42,513 nucleotides of DNA. Source: a virus. This document shows, piece after piece, positions 41,533-42,513 of this stretch. Under the pieces are notes generated by a model that saw only the letters and a program-made list of their open reading frames with translations, had not been told where the DNA came from and did no database searches. A program made the position numbers and the translations under genes. The DNA lies in the IMG/VR virus record IMGVR_UViG_3300048605_000012. One strand, written 5' to 3'. Position 1 is the stretch's first letter. The number at the start of each line of letters is the position of its first letter.

Positions 41533-41823
41533 ATGCAAATACCATTGGCGCATCAAAGAACCTATGCACTCGAAAGATATTACTACGAGTTTATCGAAAG
41601 AATGGGTCCCGCCCACTTACTTTACGATCAGTTTGTTCGGACGATGGAAAACACCGGCAAACCTTTTTTTACCGTCCCTTCGGGCTATTCAAAATATTCT
41701 GAGGTGCTAGCTTTTGTTTTTAAAAAAGACGGAGATAATTATCTGTTCGATCACGTTAGAACGCAAGACAAGATTCTTCGAAAATACGACCCTAACATAA
41801 AATACAAACCGGGCGGGAACTGA
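41533..41823 (+). CDS. Accessory operon gene 2, hypothetical (96 aa)
   Basis: GGAG RBS, tightly spaced after gene 1. Confidence 0.6.
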   Translation: MQIPLAHQRTYALERYYYEFIERMGPAHLLYDQFVRTMENTGKPFFTVPSGYSKYSEVLAFVFKKDGDNYLFDHVRTQDKILRKYDPNIKYKPGGN

Positions 41824-41824
41824 A

Positions 41825-42091
41825 ATGAATCTTATTACTCAATACGAGCAAGGCTACCTACCTATTTCTGAGTTCATAAATGAATTTCCAGACAGTATTT
41901 CTGAGTCACAGGAAGCTTTATACGGCGCAAGATGTATTGAATTTTATGTCGCTGTCGCATTAGGTAAAACAGATTGTTGCTATCATGTACAACGCTATGG
42001 AGGCGATTGTTATGAAATCGATGAAAGGCTATGTATCGAAGATACGAGTACTGAAGATGAGCAAGGCCCCTTTGGTGCGGTTTTCGCTTGA
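41825..42091 (+). CDS. Accessory operon gene 3, hypothetical acidic Cys-rich protein (88 aa)
   Basis: The start is 1 nt after the gene 2 stop. Confidence 0.6.
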   Translation: MNLITQYEQGYLPISEFINEFPDSISESQEALYGARCIEFYVAVALGKTDCCYHVQRYGGDCYEIDERLCIEDTSTEDEQGPFGAVFA

Positions 42092-42287
42092 TGAAGTGAA
42101 CTGTTTGATCGCAGCTCATAGTCTGAACTTTTTGGCAGATGTAGATGAAGGAATGGAAATCATTGTCGCTGGTGATTTTAAAGATCGCAAACAGTTTTTT
42201 GTGAAGAAGTATTCGGTGATTGGTAAGACGAAGATCATGATTGAATTTGAAGCAATGAACAAACAACTAATTGCACCTTATAACTGA
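42012..42287 (+). CDS. Accessory operon gene 4, possible OB-fold-like small protein (91 aa from MKSMKGY)
   Basis: The ATG at 42012 lies 8 nt after GGAGG. It overlaps gene 3 by 80 nt in another frame. Confidence 0.5.
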   Translation: MKSMKGYVSKIRVLKMSKAPLVRFSLDEVNCLIAAHSLNFLADVDEGMEIIVAGDFKDRKQFFVKKYSVIGKTKIMIEFEAMNKQLIAPYN

Positions 42288-42321
42288 AAATGATATTGTA
42301 ATTATAATGGAGGCGATATCA

Positions 42322-42513
42322 TTGGAAAACATTGTTAACAGCTCTTGGGAATACTTTAAAACAGAAGCAACTTTAGATCCTTCTAAGGTAGGAAAATGGA
42401 TGATTTTTTTCGATTTTCCAACTAGCCGAGAAGTTATGAAGAATTATTGTAGAGAAGCTGTTGAAAAAGAAATTATACCTTCCTCTAAATTGAGTAATAG
42501 ACCTAATCCAGCA
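42322..42513 (+). CDS. N-terminal part of accessory operon gene 5 (wraps to 124..360 of the window)
   Basis: The TTG at 42322 lies 8 nt after GGAGG. The frame runs without a stop to the window end and is identical to bases 1-123. Confidence 0.6.
   Translation, partial: MENIVNSSWEYFKTEATLDPSKVGKWMIFFDFPTSREVMKNYCREAVEKEIIPSSKLSNRPNPA
42391..42513. repeat. Terminal direct repeat copy 2 (identical to 1-123)
   Basis: Base-by-base identity with the first 123 nt of the window. Confidence 0.95.

Larger units (their letters stand above)
1..42390. mobile_element. Complete temperate siphovirus-type phage/prophage genome, circularly permuted in this window (unit 42,390 bp)
   Basis: All modules are present: lysogeny, replication/recombination, late regulator, packaging, head, tail and lysis. 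The window ends overlap by 123 identical bases. Confidence 0.9.

Noticed and set aside
41874-42266. 130-aa minus-strand ORF antisense to accessory genes 3-4
   Set aside because: It has no RBS, and the sense strand carries RBS-preceded, coupled ORFs. It is a likely shadow ORF.
1-42513. CRISPR arrays, rRNA, IS elements/transposases, retron or reverse transcriptase
   Set aside because: No regularly spaced repeat array, rRNA-like sequence, transposase-like ORF or RT motif was seen on either strand.

Overview
The window is a complete temperate siphovirus-type phage or prophage genome from a low-GC Gram-positive host. The Lactobacillales-like host guess rests only on protein motifs and is inference. 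The genome is circularly permuted: bases 1-123 are identical to 42391-42513, so the unit length is 42,390 bp and one gene wraps across the window ends.

Gene order:
- 397-24184, minus strand: late genes. These run terS, terL, portal, head morphogenesis, scaffold, major capsid, connectors, and major tail protein with a frameshifted Ig-like extension. They continue with the frameshifted tail chaperone pair, a 1715-aa tape measure, a 1522-aa tail-tip/fibre protein, holin and endolysin.
- 24185-24623: a highly structured untranslated leader.
- 24624-37670, minus strand: the late regulator, small early genes, and the replication and recombination genes. The latter are YopX, a PD-(D/E)XK nuclease, MazG, a second tyrosine recombinase with a small RHH-like protein, a replication initiator, an HNH-like protein, DUF1351, a Sak/Rad52-like annealase, Rha, DUF771 and Cro.
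- 37671-40887, plus strand: genetic switch, cI-like repressor, ImmA-like protease, lipoprotein and integrase.
- 40888-41121: attP-like region.
- 41141 to 360 (wrapping): a promoter-driven five-gene plus-strand cassette of unknown function.

Most worth following up:
1. The roughly 300-nt structured leader RNA, which contains a tRNA-like acceptor/T-arm minihelix and is followed by two intrinsic terminators upstream of terS.
2. The five-gene accessory operon between attP and the lysis genes.
3. The RHH plus XerC/D-like recombinase module, with tandem 12-bp repeats at its start.
4. An AT-rich mixed-orientation moron island at 27.6-29.65 kb.
5. Several opposite-strand single-gene morons that have their own promoters.
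6. A repressor/cro switch that appears to use face-to-face promoters.

No rRNA, canonical tRNA, CRISPR array or transposase was seen. All family names come from remembered motifs. No database search was run.
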